Source: an uncultured Sangeribacter sp.
GTDB taxonomy: Bacteria; Bacteroidota; Bacteroidia; Bacteroidales; Muribaculaceae
Reading direction: 5' to 3'
DNA: 64,000 nucleotides
NCBI GenBank assembly: GCA_964421525.1
Contig: CAYQXG010000002.1
Location: 367-64,366, forward strand
Shown: positions 18,626-27,676 of the stretch, one piece after another
Position numbering within the stretch: the first letter of the stretch is position 1
How the letters are laid out: each line of letters opens with the position of its first letter
Translations under genes and position numbers: made by a program
The notes under the pieces: generated by a model
The model's input: only the letters and a program-made list of their open reading frames with translations
The model's database searches: none
What the model was told of the DNA's origin: nothing

Positions 18626-19288
18626 TTACTTACGTCCGAAGTCAGCAGGAATCTCACCCCAGAGTTCGGTTTGCCATTTCATTATTTTCACAGGCCAGGA
18701 ATGTGAGCGAATCCAAACAAGAGCCCGACCCAAAAGTTCGAAGAGTTTGGCATTCTTGTCGGTCATCTTGAGCTGTGTCTTCACCTGTTTGTTGCGTATC
18801 CACGCCTGGGCGGTTTTTGAGTCGGAATAAATATTATGCCATTCATTGCGTCGGTGCATTTCAGCCAGTGCATGCACTATTGCCAGGAATTCGCCAATGT
18901 TGTTTGTTCCTTGCTCAAATGGTCCGACCTTGAAGATCTGTCTGCCGGTAGCTACTTCCACACCTTGATATTCCATGATCCCGGGGTTTCCGAGACATGA
19001 AGCATCTACTGCCCAGGCATTTTTGTCAATGTCCGGGTTAGACAGGTAGGAGAGGTCATTTTGCGGGGTTTCGCGTCGGTCGGAAGCGGCAATAAGCAGA
19101 GTGCCGAGATCAGTAGCATTATTCTCGTCATTGCTCCCCCTGAAAGCCTTTGCAGCTTCTTCAGAGGAATCGAAACCCTTGAATTTTGCATTGGGAAAAT
19201 TCAGTATCTGTTCCTCGCAGTCGCTCCAGTTGTCGTAGATTCCGGGTTCACGTCCTTCCCAAACCACGTAGAATTTCTGTTTTCCCAT
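18626..19288 (-). CDS. rnhA: Ribonuclease HI with N-terminal hybrid-binding (viroplasmin) domain
   Basis: KFYVVWEGREPGIY..W; AVDASC, NNIGEFLA, IYSDS, EIPADFGRK. Confidence 0.92.
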   Translation of the reverse strand: MGKQKFYVVWEGREPGIYDNWSDCEEQILNFPNAKFKGFDSSEEAAKAFRGSNDENNATDLGTLLIAASDRRETPQNDLSYLSNPDIDKNAWAVDASCLGNPGIMEYQGVEVATGRQIFKVGPFEQGTNNIGEFLAIVHALAEMHRRNEWHNIYSDSKTAQAWIRNKQVKTQLKMTDKNAKLFELLGRALVWIRSHSWPVKIMKWQTELWGEIPADFGRK

Positions 19289-19345
19289 TGTTCAAAGGTC
19301 TGATTTCAGAGGTAATGGTTGGCTGTGAGATTTTTTGATTGTTAA

Positions 19346-20734
19346 TCAAAGCCCGGCAGCGCGTTTGATTAGCTTAGGAATGTCGGTGTTGTCGAGGCTT
19401 CCCGAGAAATATTGTGCATTAGCTCCCACTGCGTATACGGGAACGAAGTTTCCTGCGTGGTTTGTAGTTGTCCAACCGATACCCATGTGAGTGTTGAGCA
19501 CATCGAAAGCCTTTGCAGTGAAAGCATTAAAAGTGTGATAAAGAGTTTTTTCATCTTCAGCTTTTTTAGAGATGAAAGTTTCCTCGAATTGCTTCTTCAG
19601 TTGAGCGGTCTCCCACTCGGCAAGAGGCACAGCCTCCCAGAATCCGAGTTTCTCGCGCAAAACGCTTTCCATTTCCTCCCATGTTGGATTTTGATTTTCA
19701 GTTCCCCATTTCCGTGTCCAATCGGCAAATGCGTCTTTTGAAATTTTCTGAGCATCGGCATATCCGATATTGAATTTTCCACCGAATCTACCGTAAGCCA
19801 TACCTCCTGTGTCATGATCGGCAGTTACGACAATCAGGGTCTCAGCCGGGTGGCGAAGGTAGAACTGATAAGCAACGTTTATAGCATCCTGGAAATTGAG
19901 AATTTCCTTTATTACGGCGCCACCGTCGTTGGCATGTGCAGCCCAGTCGATATTACCTCCCTCGATCATCATGAGAAACTTATCGGGGTTGACGTTTTCG
20001 AGAGTATAAAGACAAGCTTCAGTGATCTGTGCGCAAGTCATAGCACCGGGAATAGAGTCAATGGTGTATCCCACATGTCCCCATTGGTTGTCGGGGTACA
20101 TCATTACCTTATGAGGGAATTTATTGCCTTTTTTCTTAAGTTCGTTGAATGCATCAAACCCTTCCGCAATCTCATAATTACCTTTTTTCATCACGCTTAG
20201 GAATTCAGAGAATTCCTCGCCGGTCTTGTCACCAAGTTTGAAGCCACCCCCTGCGAGGAAAGATAGGCCACTTTCTGCTGCCTGAGGTGCAATGTCATGC
20301 TTCATTCCTCTGTTGGCTGCATGTGCATACCATGCAGCAGGAGTAGCGTCGTCAGCCTGCACGGTTGTTCCAACTCCCACGGCATAGCCGGCATTCATGA
20401 AGTCGACAGCTATACTGTTGACAGGAACTGTGTCTGGATTCATTCCCACCATGGAATTTTTAGTCTTATAACCGGTTGAAAGAGCTGTGCCGGCAGCCGC
20501 AGAGTCAGTGATCGGAGATGATGCCGAGTAAGAACGTGCCTGTGAAGCAACAGGGAAGGTCATCATCAGCAAAGGACGTTCGTTCTTGAGAATGTCGCGG
20601 TTGTAGATTTCTGTGGCATTTACATGGCCGAGTCCCATGCCGTCACCGATGAAATAAAATACATATTTTGCATCTTCAGCATTCATTGTGAGAGATGCTG
20701 CAGCAACGATGGTGGAAAGAATGAATTTTTTCAT
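19346..20734 (-). CDS. Alkaline phosphatase
   Basis: IGDGMG, TDSAAAGTA, DATPA, EGGNIDWAAH, TADHDTGG; signal peptide. Confidence 0.93.
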   Translation of the reverse strand: MKKFILSTIVAAASLTMNAEDAKYVFYFIGDGMGLGHVNATEIYNRDILKNERPLLMMTFPVASQARSYSASSPITDSAAAGTALSTGYKTKNSMVGMNPDTVPVNSIAVDFMNAGYAVGVGTTVQADDATPAAWYAHAANRGMKHDIAPQAAESGLSFLAGGGFKLGDKTGEEFSEFLSVMKKGNYEIAEGFDAFNELKKKGNKFPHKVMMYPDNQWGHVGYTIDSIPGAMTCAQITEACLYTLENVNPDKFLMMIEGGNIDWAAHANDGGAVIKEILNFQDAINVAYQFYLRHPAETLIVVTADHDTGGMAYGRFGGKFNIGYADAQKISKDAFADWTRKWGTENQNPTWEEMESVLREKLGFWEAVPLAEWETAQLKKQFEETFISKKAEDEKTLYHTFNAFTAKAFDVLNTHMGIGWTTTNHAGNFVPVYAVGANAQYFSGSLDNTDIPKLIKRAAGL

Positions 20735-20786
20735 GCTATTATTTAGAATTGAGAATATTAAATTTTAATTTTGACAGGTCGTGTTT

Positions 20787-21968
20787 CTATCCGTGACGAC
20801 GAATCTTGATGGGAATTGCTCCTTCCGGAATTTTATCCACCACCAGCAATAGATTGCCGCCACCACCGGCACCGAGCATCTTCCATGCGAGGGCTTTTTG
20901 TTTCCAGCAGTCTATGTATTCCTGCACGCCAGGTTGCATCATTGCGGGGAACATTGCAATCTGGGCATTGAAAGAATCAAGAAATGACTTTGCGAATGCA
21001 TGAAGGTCATTCGCCATAATAGCGTCCCAGCAACGTTCTGCCGCGGCAGTCAGATTGCTGACTTTTTGAGGGTTTATATCCTTTCCGTCAACAACAGAGC
21101 ATCCATGTCGGCGTGGGAACATCTGGACAACACAGAGGTGACTTTCAAGCCATGAAAGAATTTCTTCGTCGTTGACAGTCTCTATTTTTTCAGGCCAATA
21201 ATGACCGTTGTAATAATGCCTGGATAGCCCGGCAACGCAAATGCCGATGGCGTCTTGTGCGCCGGATACATGCCCTTCGTTTTCCGGGTCATTCTCAAAG
21301 CAAAATAGCAGTCGGGCAAGCATCTCCTCGTTGTAGGCAGGCAACTCATAAGGCCAGATTTTCATTGCGGCCTTTCGGGTGGATGTCGACATTCCGCCCC
21401 GTTCCATGAAATCGTAGGTGGGTTCGATTGATGCTGTAATCGCCCATCCCGCGCCATGTTCAGATACATAAGGCTGATCAATCCAGGTTCCGGCTATGTC
21501 GACACGATAAGGGATACTGCTTTTCACTTCGTTTCTAAGAGCAGTTGTGGATCGGGCCTGAAGCCCTGTTTCGGGTTCACGTTCAAGCACCACGTATTGT
21601 ATGCCCCTTTCTTCGCAGAACAATCTTTTTGTTTCGCTGCCTCCGTCTGAGTTCACGACAAAGACATCGGGCTTTATGATATCTACAGACCCTATGAAAT
21701 CCATCATGCCACTACCGCTATTTATCATGGCATCCTTTACATAACGTATGGATTTAACCATATAGAGCCGTTCCTTTTCCGAGCATATTGTCTTTCTGTT
21801 TTTGAGTTGCTCGATAGTTTTGTCGGATCCAATGCCCACATAAAGGTCACCGTATTTAGAGGCTTCCTTGAAGAATGCAACGTGTCCGGAATGGAGCATA
21901 TCGTAGCATCCAGATACGAATACTTTCTTGTTTGTTGTAGTTTCTCGTTGTCCGTTTTCCGTTGTCAT
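20787..21968 (-). CDS. HIGH-family nucleotidyltransferase fused to GHMP sugar kinase
   Basis: VSGCYDMLHSGH and RSTT; then PYRVDIAG, SGAQD, WKMLGAGGGG. Confidence 0.85.
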   Translation of the reverse strand: MTTENGQRETTTNKKVFVSGCYDMLHSGHVAFFKEASKYGDLYVGIGSDKTIEQLKNRKTICSEKERLYMVKSIRYVKDAMINSGSGMMDFIGSVDIIKPDVFVVNSDGGSETKRLFCEERGIQYVVLEREPETGLQARSTTALRNEVKSSIPYRVDIAGTWIDQPYVSEHGAGWAITASIEPTYDFMERGGMSTSTRKAAMKIWPYELPAYNEEMLARLLFCFENDPENEGHVSGAQDAIGICVAGLSRHYYNGHYWPEKIETVNDEEILSWLESHLCVVQMFPRRHGCSVVDGKDINPQKVSNLTAAAERCWDAIMANDLHAFAKSFLDSFNAQIAMFPAMMQPGVQEYIDCWKQKALAWKMLGAGGGGNLLLVVDKIPEGAIPIKIRRHG

Positions 21969-21987
21969 CGTTGTCCGTTTTCCGTTG
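21945..21987. repeat. 20-bp direct repeat built from heptamers, flanking the start codon
   Basis: TCGTTGTCCGTTTTCCGTTG at 21945-21964 and 21968-21987. Confidence 0.85.
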
Positions 21988-22006
21988 CGTTATGCGAAAT
22001 CAAGTA

Positions 22007-22014
22007 CAAAAGTA
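22007..22014 (-). promoter_or_regulatory. sigmaA -7 box
   Basis: TACTTTTG with CTTG 20 nt upstream. Confidence 0.6.
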
Positions 22015-22048
22015 GTGATTTTTATCAAAAGTTGCAAGTTGAGGAAAG

Positions 22049-22089
22049 AAAAAAGCACGTAGTCGGAGATATACTCCTTGCTGTGTGCT
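22049..22089 (-). terminator. btu operon terminator
   Basis: Minus strand AGCACACAGCAAGGAG-TATAT-CTCCGACTACGTGC followed by TTTTTT. Confidence 0.65.
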
Positions 22090-22142
22090 GATTAGGTTTT
22101 CAGTTGCCGGATTATGGCAGTAGGGAAGATTAAAGTTGAGGA

Positions 22143-22883
22143 TTATGGGGCTATTGGATGTTGGGATGAGGGGAGGAGACGTGAGAGGTGTCCGGCGGTA
22201 ATGAACTCTGGTGCGGGTAGATGTATCAGGGTTGGGGTGTCGATGAAGGCTACTGTGTCGGTATAGCGGGTGGCTATGTCGAGTTCGTGTGTTGAGAAGA
22301 TTATGCATTTGCCTTGGTCATGTGAAAGATGACGTAGGAGTTCAACAAGTTCGTATCGGCTTGGCATATCGAGGAATGATGTTGGTTCATCAAGGAGAAT
22401 GATGGGTGTGTCTTGTGCGAGAGCTCTGGCTATCATTATCCGTTGGCATTCTCCGTCGCTCATTGTCTCTATGGTTCTGTCGGCATAAGACAGCATGTTG
22501 ACTGATTCGAGAGATTTAATGACAATATCCTCGTCTTGTTGCTGCATGTGTCCTATCCAATTTGTGTAGGGGGCGCGCCCTATCGCGACGATGTCACGGC
22601 ATCGCATTGCCGGTATGCGTGCAGGACGGGTAGAGACGAATGCGAGAGTCCGTGCGAGGGCAGCGGTGCTGAGTGTACGTAGATCTTGCCCTGCGAGCTT
22701 GATTTTCCCTGTGTAGCCAGCATTAAGTCCGGCTATGGCTCGCAGCAGTGTTGATTTGCCGGTGCCGTTTCTGCCTATGAGGGAGTTCAATGATGCATCA
22801 GCAAATGATGTGGATGCATTCTGGAGCAGGATTCGCTTGCCGAAGGAGAGAGTTAAATTTTCAATGGATAGTGCACAATTCAT
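22143..22883 (-). CDS. btuD: Cobalamin ABC transporter ATP-binding protein
   Basis: GRNGTGKST, SDGECQR, LDEPT; lies in the B12-riboswitch operon. Confidence 0.85.
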   Translation of the reverse strand: MNCALSIENLTLSFGKRILLQNASTSFADASLNSLIGRNGTGKSTLLRAIAGLNAGYTGKIKLAGQDLRTLSTAALARTLAFVSTRPARIPAMRCRDIVAIGRAPYTNWIGHMQQQDEDIVIKSLESVNMLSYADRTIETMSDGECQRIMIARALAQDTPIILLDEPTSFLDMPSRYELVELLRHLSHDQGKCIIFSTHELDIATRYTDTVAFIDTPTLIHLPAPEFITAGHLSRLLPSSQHPIAP

Positions 22884-22909
22884 AATGCATAATTCATAAT
22901 TTATAATTG
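22862..22909 (-). repeat. TGCATTA-type heptamer tract spanning btuC stop and btuD start
   Basis: Minus strand TAAATTA TGAATTA TGCATTA TGAATTG TGCACTA TCCATTG. Confidence 0.85.
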
Positions 22910-23913
22910 GCTGGACGGAGGAGGATGTAGATTACGATGGGGATGCCGAGGAGGGCTGTGATGGCATTTATGGGGAGAGTGAGGAGACGCGAGATTATAT
23001 CGCACACAAGGAGGATTGCCGAGCCTGTCAGGAGAGTGGCGGGAAGGAGAATGCGATGGTCGGATGTGTGCCAAACCATACGGGCAACGTGCGGTAGAGC
23101 CAGACCGATAAACCCGATTGGTCCGCAGAATGCTGTGATTGTTCCTGCAAGAAGTGTGGTGGATAAGAAGATGAGAGAGCGGGCTTGTTTAAGATTCAAC
23201 CCCATGGTGCGTGCGTATTCCTCCCCGAATAAAAGAAGATTTAGTGGTTTGATGGTCACGATTGCGAGAATCAGACCTGCTATAACTGCCGGTATTAAAA
23301 TCCAAAGTTGCGATATAGTTACGTCGCCGAGAGACCCCATGGTCCAAATGACAAATGACTTGAGCGATTCATCGCGGCTAAGATATTGCAAAACCTGGAC
23401 AATGGCACTGATACCTGATGAAAACATCATGCCAAGAATGAGGATTACCATGATGTCTTTGATACGTGTGGCCAACGCACCTACAATAATCAGGACAGCG
23501 GCAGCTCCTATCCATGCAGCACCCACAATACCAAGCGATGAAAAGACCGGGGAAAGACCCAGGAGTGGCGCGCCGAGAAGGAAGAGGGCAACCCCGAGTG
23601 ATGCACCGGAACTTATGCCAAGCACATAAGGACCTGCAAGTGGATTGCGGAAGAGTGTCTGCATCTGCAGTCCGGATACTGAGATTGCAGCACCTGCGAG
23701 AAGTGCCACAACAGCTTTGGTGAGGCGTATGTTGATTACGATGCTTGCAACGGATCGTGGACAATCACCACCTGTCAGGGCACTCCATACCTGGGAAAGG
23801 GGGATATGGGTTGATCCAATAGCAAGGTCTGAGAGGAAGAGGGCAATTATTAATGCACAATGCACAATGCATAGTGCATAGTTTCTTTTCCTATTTCCGA
23901 TTTGCGTTCTCAT
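22894..23913 (-). CDS. btuC: Cobalamin ABC transporter permease (FecCD family)
   Basis: QTLFRNPLAGPYVLGISSGA, GEEYARTMG, GPIGFIGL..PH. Confidence 0.87.
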   Translation of the reverse strand: MRTQIGNRKRNYALCIVHCALIIALFLSDLAIGSTHIPLSQVWSALTGGDCPRSVASIVINIRLTKAVVALLAGAAISVSGLQMQTLFRNPLAGPYVLGISSGASLGVALFLLGAPLLGLSPVFSSLGIVGAAWIGAAAVLIIVGALATRIKDIMVILILGMMFSSGISAIVQVLQYLSRDESLKSFVIWTMGSLGDVTISQLWILIPAVIAGLILAIVTIKPLNLLLFGEEYARTMGLNLKQARSLIFLSTTLLAGTITAFCGPIGFIGLALPHVARMVWHTSDHRILLPATLLTGSAILLVCDIISRLLTLPINAITALLGIPIVIYILLRPANYKL

Positions 23914-23962
23914 CGTTATCTTTTGTTGGGTTTTATCTCCGCGGGAAATGGGGGGAGTTGTA

Positions 23963-25138
23963 CTAATGGGAGGATAGCGGTTTATAATAATAGAGAGAGT
24001 CGGAGGAAAGTTCGGGGTGAAAGATGTGGATTAGATCGCGGAGTATAAGGTCGGGGTGAGTTATGCCAGACTCAAAAAAGTCGTTGCCACCGGCCGAGTT
24101 GGCACGAAGAGTGTTGTTGTAGACGTATCCATTTCGAAAAACACGAGTATCGGTGAATTTGGGGTATTTTGCGGCGAGTTGGGATAGGGATACCATCTGA
24201 TCCACATTAAGCCAAAAATCAGCTTCTGAGGCGAGCCTGTAAGCCTCCTCAAGATCGATTGGTGCTGATCTATTACCGGTGTCTTTTGTGTATATGTAAT
24301 GGCCGCCTGCATCGGAGATTAGCTGAGCCATGTAGCTTGATGCTGACGGCATAAACCAAGAATCTCCATAAGGGACATTCAGCATTGCTGAAGGTGCATC
24401 GATGGCCTTGTCGGCAACGATTGCCTTCAGTGCGTTGTAGCGGTCGGCAATGCCGGTGAAGACTTCCTCTCCTTTCTTCCTCTCGCCGATTATCTCAGCG
24501 ATAGGAATGATCCATTCCGCCTTGCCAAGTGGGGATTCCTCAAGGTAATCACCGACATAAAGGAATGGGATACCGAGTTCACGCAATTTGCCTTCCATTG
24601 AACTTGCCCCTGTCACGCCATATAGTAGAACCAGATCAGGGTCTGCTGCAAGAAGAGCCTCATAGTCAATACTGCCTTCATATCCGACATCGGCTATACT
24701 GTCGCGGCGATTCTTAATTTCGGGGTTGGTTATATAGTTAATGCCTGATACACCAACAATACGGTCAGTGGCACCGAGTGCATCGAGAAGAGCAATGTGG
24801 GTTGAAGACATGGTGATGATGCGATGTGCATCACCGTAGATGGATTGTCCGTTGAAATTTGAAGGGGCTTCGTCGCCGTCGCGGGCAATGAAGAGGGACG
24901 TGGGTATTGAGTCGGCTCCTTGCCATGAACCTTTGACTGTGAGGAGAGTGCTCCTGGTTTCAGGCTTACCTTTTATTTGGAATCCCGAGGCATATTGTGG
25001 CGCATAGCGGTTTTCAGTGAAATCCTCGATATTTGATGTCGAGCCTTTATGGCAAGATGTCAAGAGTATTATCAACACAAAGTGCATGATCGATAATGCA
25101 TAATGCATATATAGTCTCCCGGCTCCCTTTTTTTTCAT
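23963..25138 (-). CDS. btuF: Cobalamin ABC transporter substrate-binding lipoprotein
   Basis: Lipobox LLTSC; RIITMSSTH, E.SPLGKAEW, PDLILRDL; ATG at 25138 lies after the btuB stop. Confidence 0.83.
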   Translation of the reverse strand: MKKKGAGRLYMHYALSIMHFVLIILLTSCHKGSTSNIEDFTENRYAPQYASGFQIKGKPETRSTLLTVKGSWQGADSIPTSLFIARDGDEAPSNFNGQSIYGDAHRIITMSSTHIALLDALGATDRIVGVSGINYITNPEIKNRRDSIADVGYEGSIDYEALLAADPDLVLLYGVTGASSMEGKLRELGIPFLYVGDYLEESPLGKAEWIIPIAEIIGERKKGEEVFTGIADRYNALKAIVADKAIDAPSAMLNVPYGDSWFMPSASSYMAQLISDAGGHYIYTKDTGNRSAPIDLEEAYRLASEADFWLNVDQMVSLSQLAAKYPKFTDTRVFRNGYVYNNTLRANSAGGNDFFESGITHPDLILRDLIHIFHPELSSDSLYYYKPLSSH

Positions 25139-25152
25139 TCCGATAATATGGT

Positions 25153-27255
25153 TTAATATGTTATGGAGAGGAAAAACTCCATGTTTGTGCCGGGCATAGG
25201 TCGGGAGAGGACCGAAAGATACTCTGCGTTGAAAAGATTGTTGATGGCTAATTTGAACTGCAGACATATTGGGTTTAATTTCAGTGATTTCTCGAGAGTT
25301 AAATTACTTATAGAATAAGCAGGCAGATTGCCTGTCAGTGTTGAGGCATTGCTGGTCATAGTGAAACGTTCGGAGTAATAGCATGCCTTATAGAGAAGAG
25401 CCCATGTGCACCAGGCTACTCGAAGAGAGGCTGATAGCGAGTTTCGCGGCACATAGGGAAGCTGTTTTCCTACAGATTGGTCTGCTGCGCTTGTTTTCTC
25501 ACCAACATTAATTGATGGAGTCCATGAATATGATGCATTAATGTCGAATTTCCAATCTTTCCAAGGAGTTATTCCGGCATCAGCCTTTAACTCTATGCCA
25601 TAGGCATGTACGCTTTTTACATTTCTTGGAGAAAAGAATCCTTTGATTGTCGGTAGCCAGATTATCCAGTCATCAATCCTGGAGTCAAACCATGTGGTTG
25701 AAACAGAAGAAGAAAAATAATCAGACTGTGTTGCCTCAAAAGAGAAACCGGCATCGTAGCTCCACCCTTTTTCGCATCGTAGATCCGGATTGCCACCCGG
25801 CATAAAATAAAGGTCGTTGAGTGAAGGGAAACGGTAGTTCCGGCTGCCTGATGCCTTTAGTGTCAACCCTAAAAGAGTATTGCCGGAGTAGCTGTTGATC
25901 ACTTTCCAATCTGCAAAAATAGCCGGAATAATAGGAGTTAAGGAATTGCCATAAGATTCATCGCGAATTACAGCAGAGACACCAATACCATCTATAGGCT
26001 GCCAACGTGCGGTAATCGCCGTGCTGATTTCAAGTCGTTTCTTATGATAGCCAATGTCTACCGGTGAGCCTGACGAAGATGCCAGCTGACGGTCAACGGA
26101 CTTGACATTGTGGTGGTTCGCCGTGAGGGAGGCAGAAAAAAGCCAGCGGTCGGAAGGAAAGAAGTTAAGGAGAGCATTACCGAAGAAAGTGTTTGTGAGA
26201 GAGCGGGATCTAGTCATGACCGACCATATATCTTGAGTCATCTCGCGGCGATAGTCATATCCCATCCAGGTATGCATATATCCTGATTTGAGGTCAATGT
26301 TCCACGTGGAACGGTTATGTCGCCAGCCAATGAATGAACGGACTGTGTTCTCCCTCTGTCGGTTGTCGATTCCTCGCTCAGCACCATAATCTGTTGAGAG
26401 CATGGGAAGTTCCCGGTTAGAGGCAGTGTACCAAACATTGAGGGCAAACCGGTCGCCCTTTCGTGTGTCGTAGTATGCTTCCTGCAATAGATGGAAATCC
26501 TTAAAAGCGGCGGATCTGTTCTTTTCCTTAGGATGGTACTGCCCTATTATGTTGCGGTTTTCATCATAGATGTTGAGCTTCTTGTCGCGGTTTATATAGG
26601 TATAGTCGTTGTCGGAAGATGAGAAGACGGCGCGGGTAGAAAAAGACCAGTTGCGGTTTGAATATGACAGTCGCAGGAATTCGTCGAACGTCTTGAATGA
26701 ACCTATTCCCTGAATATAGCTTATATGGAATCCACGGTTATATTCCGGTGATGTTGAGAGAGATATTGCTCCGCCAAGTCCTCCTCCTGATTGATTGACA
26801 GAAGAAGTACCGTGAAGCAGGGAAGCCTTGTCGATGAAGTATGCCGGGATGGTAGAGAAATCAGTCATGCCGAGCATAGGGCTATTTAGGGGCATGCCAT
26901 TCCAAGAAACGTTTGTATGAGAAGGGGAAGTGCCACGGAATGCGACGGTAGACATGGTTGCACGGCCGTAGCTTTTGACAAATACTGAAGAGTTGAAGGC
27001 GAGGACATCAGCCATTGAGAGGGCAATGTTTTCCTTCAGTGAAATTGAGTCGAAGTCTGTTTTTTGGATTCCGATATCCTGCATAGGGCGTCGGGCTGTA
27101 ACCATCAGCTCCTGAAGGTTTATGGATGTGAAATTAGGATCTTCAGTGGTTATCGAGTCTTTGGTAGATAGTTGGAGAGGTTGGGAAAAAGCGAAATTAG
27201 TCGGCATCGTTGAGATGGCGATGAATGCAAAGAGATGTATGAGTACACGTGTCAT
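25153..27255 (-). CDS. btuB: TonB-dependent cobalamin receptor
   Basis: ELMVTA TonB-box-like motif, plug RGTSPSHT..WNG, RFPSLNDLY, GNPDL, NNLFN; directly under the riboswitch. Confidence 0.85.
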   Translation of the reverse strand: MTRVLIHLFAFIAISTMPTNFAFSQPLQLSTKDSITTEDPNFTSINLQELMVTARRPMQDIGIQKTDFDSISLKENIALSMADVLAFNSSVFVKSYGRATMSTVAFRGTSPSHTNVSWNGMPLNSPMLGMTDFSTIPAYFIDKASLLHGTSSVNQSGGGLGGAISLSTSPEYNRGFHISYIQGIGSFKTFDEFLRLSYSNRNWSFSTRAVFSSSDNDYTYINRDKKLNIYDENRNIIGQYHPKEKNRSAAFKDFHLLQEAYYDTRKGDRFALNVWYTASNRELPMLSTDYGAERGIDNRQRENTVRSFIGWRHNRSTWNIDLKSGYMHTWMGYDYRREMTQDIWSVMTRSRSLTNTFFGNALLNFFPSDRWLFSASLTANHHNVKSVDRQLASSSGSPVDIGYHKKRLEISTAITARWQPIDGIGVSAVIRDESYGNSLTPIIPAIFADWKVINSYSGNTLLGLTLKASGSRNYRFPSLNDLYFMPGGNPDLRCEKGWSYDAGFSFEATQSDYFSSSVSTTWFDSRIDDWIIWLPTIKGFFSPRNVKSVHAYGIELKADAGITPWKDWKFDINASYSWTPSINVGEKTSAADQSVGKQLPYVPRNSLSASLRVAWCTWALLYKACYYSERFTMTSNASTLTGNLPAYSISNLTLEKSLKLNPICLQFKLAINNLFNAEYLSVLSRPMPGTNMEFFLSITY
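26298..26313. promoter_or_regulatory. parS-like site inside btuB
   Basis: TGTTCCACGTGGAACG, with a 14-bp perfect palindromic core GTTCCACGTGGAAC. Confidence 0.7.
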
Positions 27256-27278
27256 GAATAGTCCCGTTCATTAGTTAA

Positions 27279-27455
27279 ATGCAACGGTAGGTTTTCTGAC
27301 TTGTCCCATAGGTCTCGGCGCCTTCTCGAGTGTTTAGGACTCAATGACATAGAGCTTTGACTTTGGCAATCATATTTATTGCCGGGATTTACAGCAGCGG
27401 GTACTGTTACGGATTCACACCGTGATTCCCTTTCCGTTTGCTATAGGAATAACAA
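27279..27455 (-). ncRNA. Cobalamin riboswitch
   Basis: Minus strand AAAGGGAATCACGGTGTGAATCCGTAACAGTACCCGCTGCTGTA...GTCATTG...GAGAAGG...AAGTCAGAAAACCTACC (B12 box). Confidence 0.9.
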
Positions 27456-27624
27456 TTTGTAATTCTTTTATGTTTTGATTTTTTAATAATATGGGGCTTC
27501 AGTTAGAGGTTCTTTATTTCTTTAATAGAGAGGGTGATTTGATGATTTTAGAATTTTGTGATTTTTTTAGGTGAAATGTGGTAATAATTGAGAATAAAAT
27601 TGTTTGGCAATAGGGGCAAAGGGA

Positions 27625-27656
27625 TTTGGTGGATTGAGAGAGAATTATTAATTTTG
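27625..27656 (+). promoter_or_regulatory. Promoter for radical SAM gene
   Basis: TTTG-N20-TAATTTTG. Confidence 0.75.
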
Positions 27657-27676
27657 TGAGAGAAATAATATTGATT

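Noticed and set aside
22937-23629. 230-aa ORF antisense to btuC
   Set aside because: Shadow of a well-supported gene, with no recognisable motifs.
25139-25267. btuF extension overlapping btuB
   Set aside because: Signal peptide and lipobox fit a start at or after 25138.
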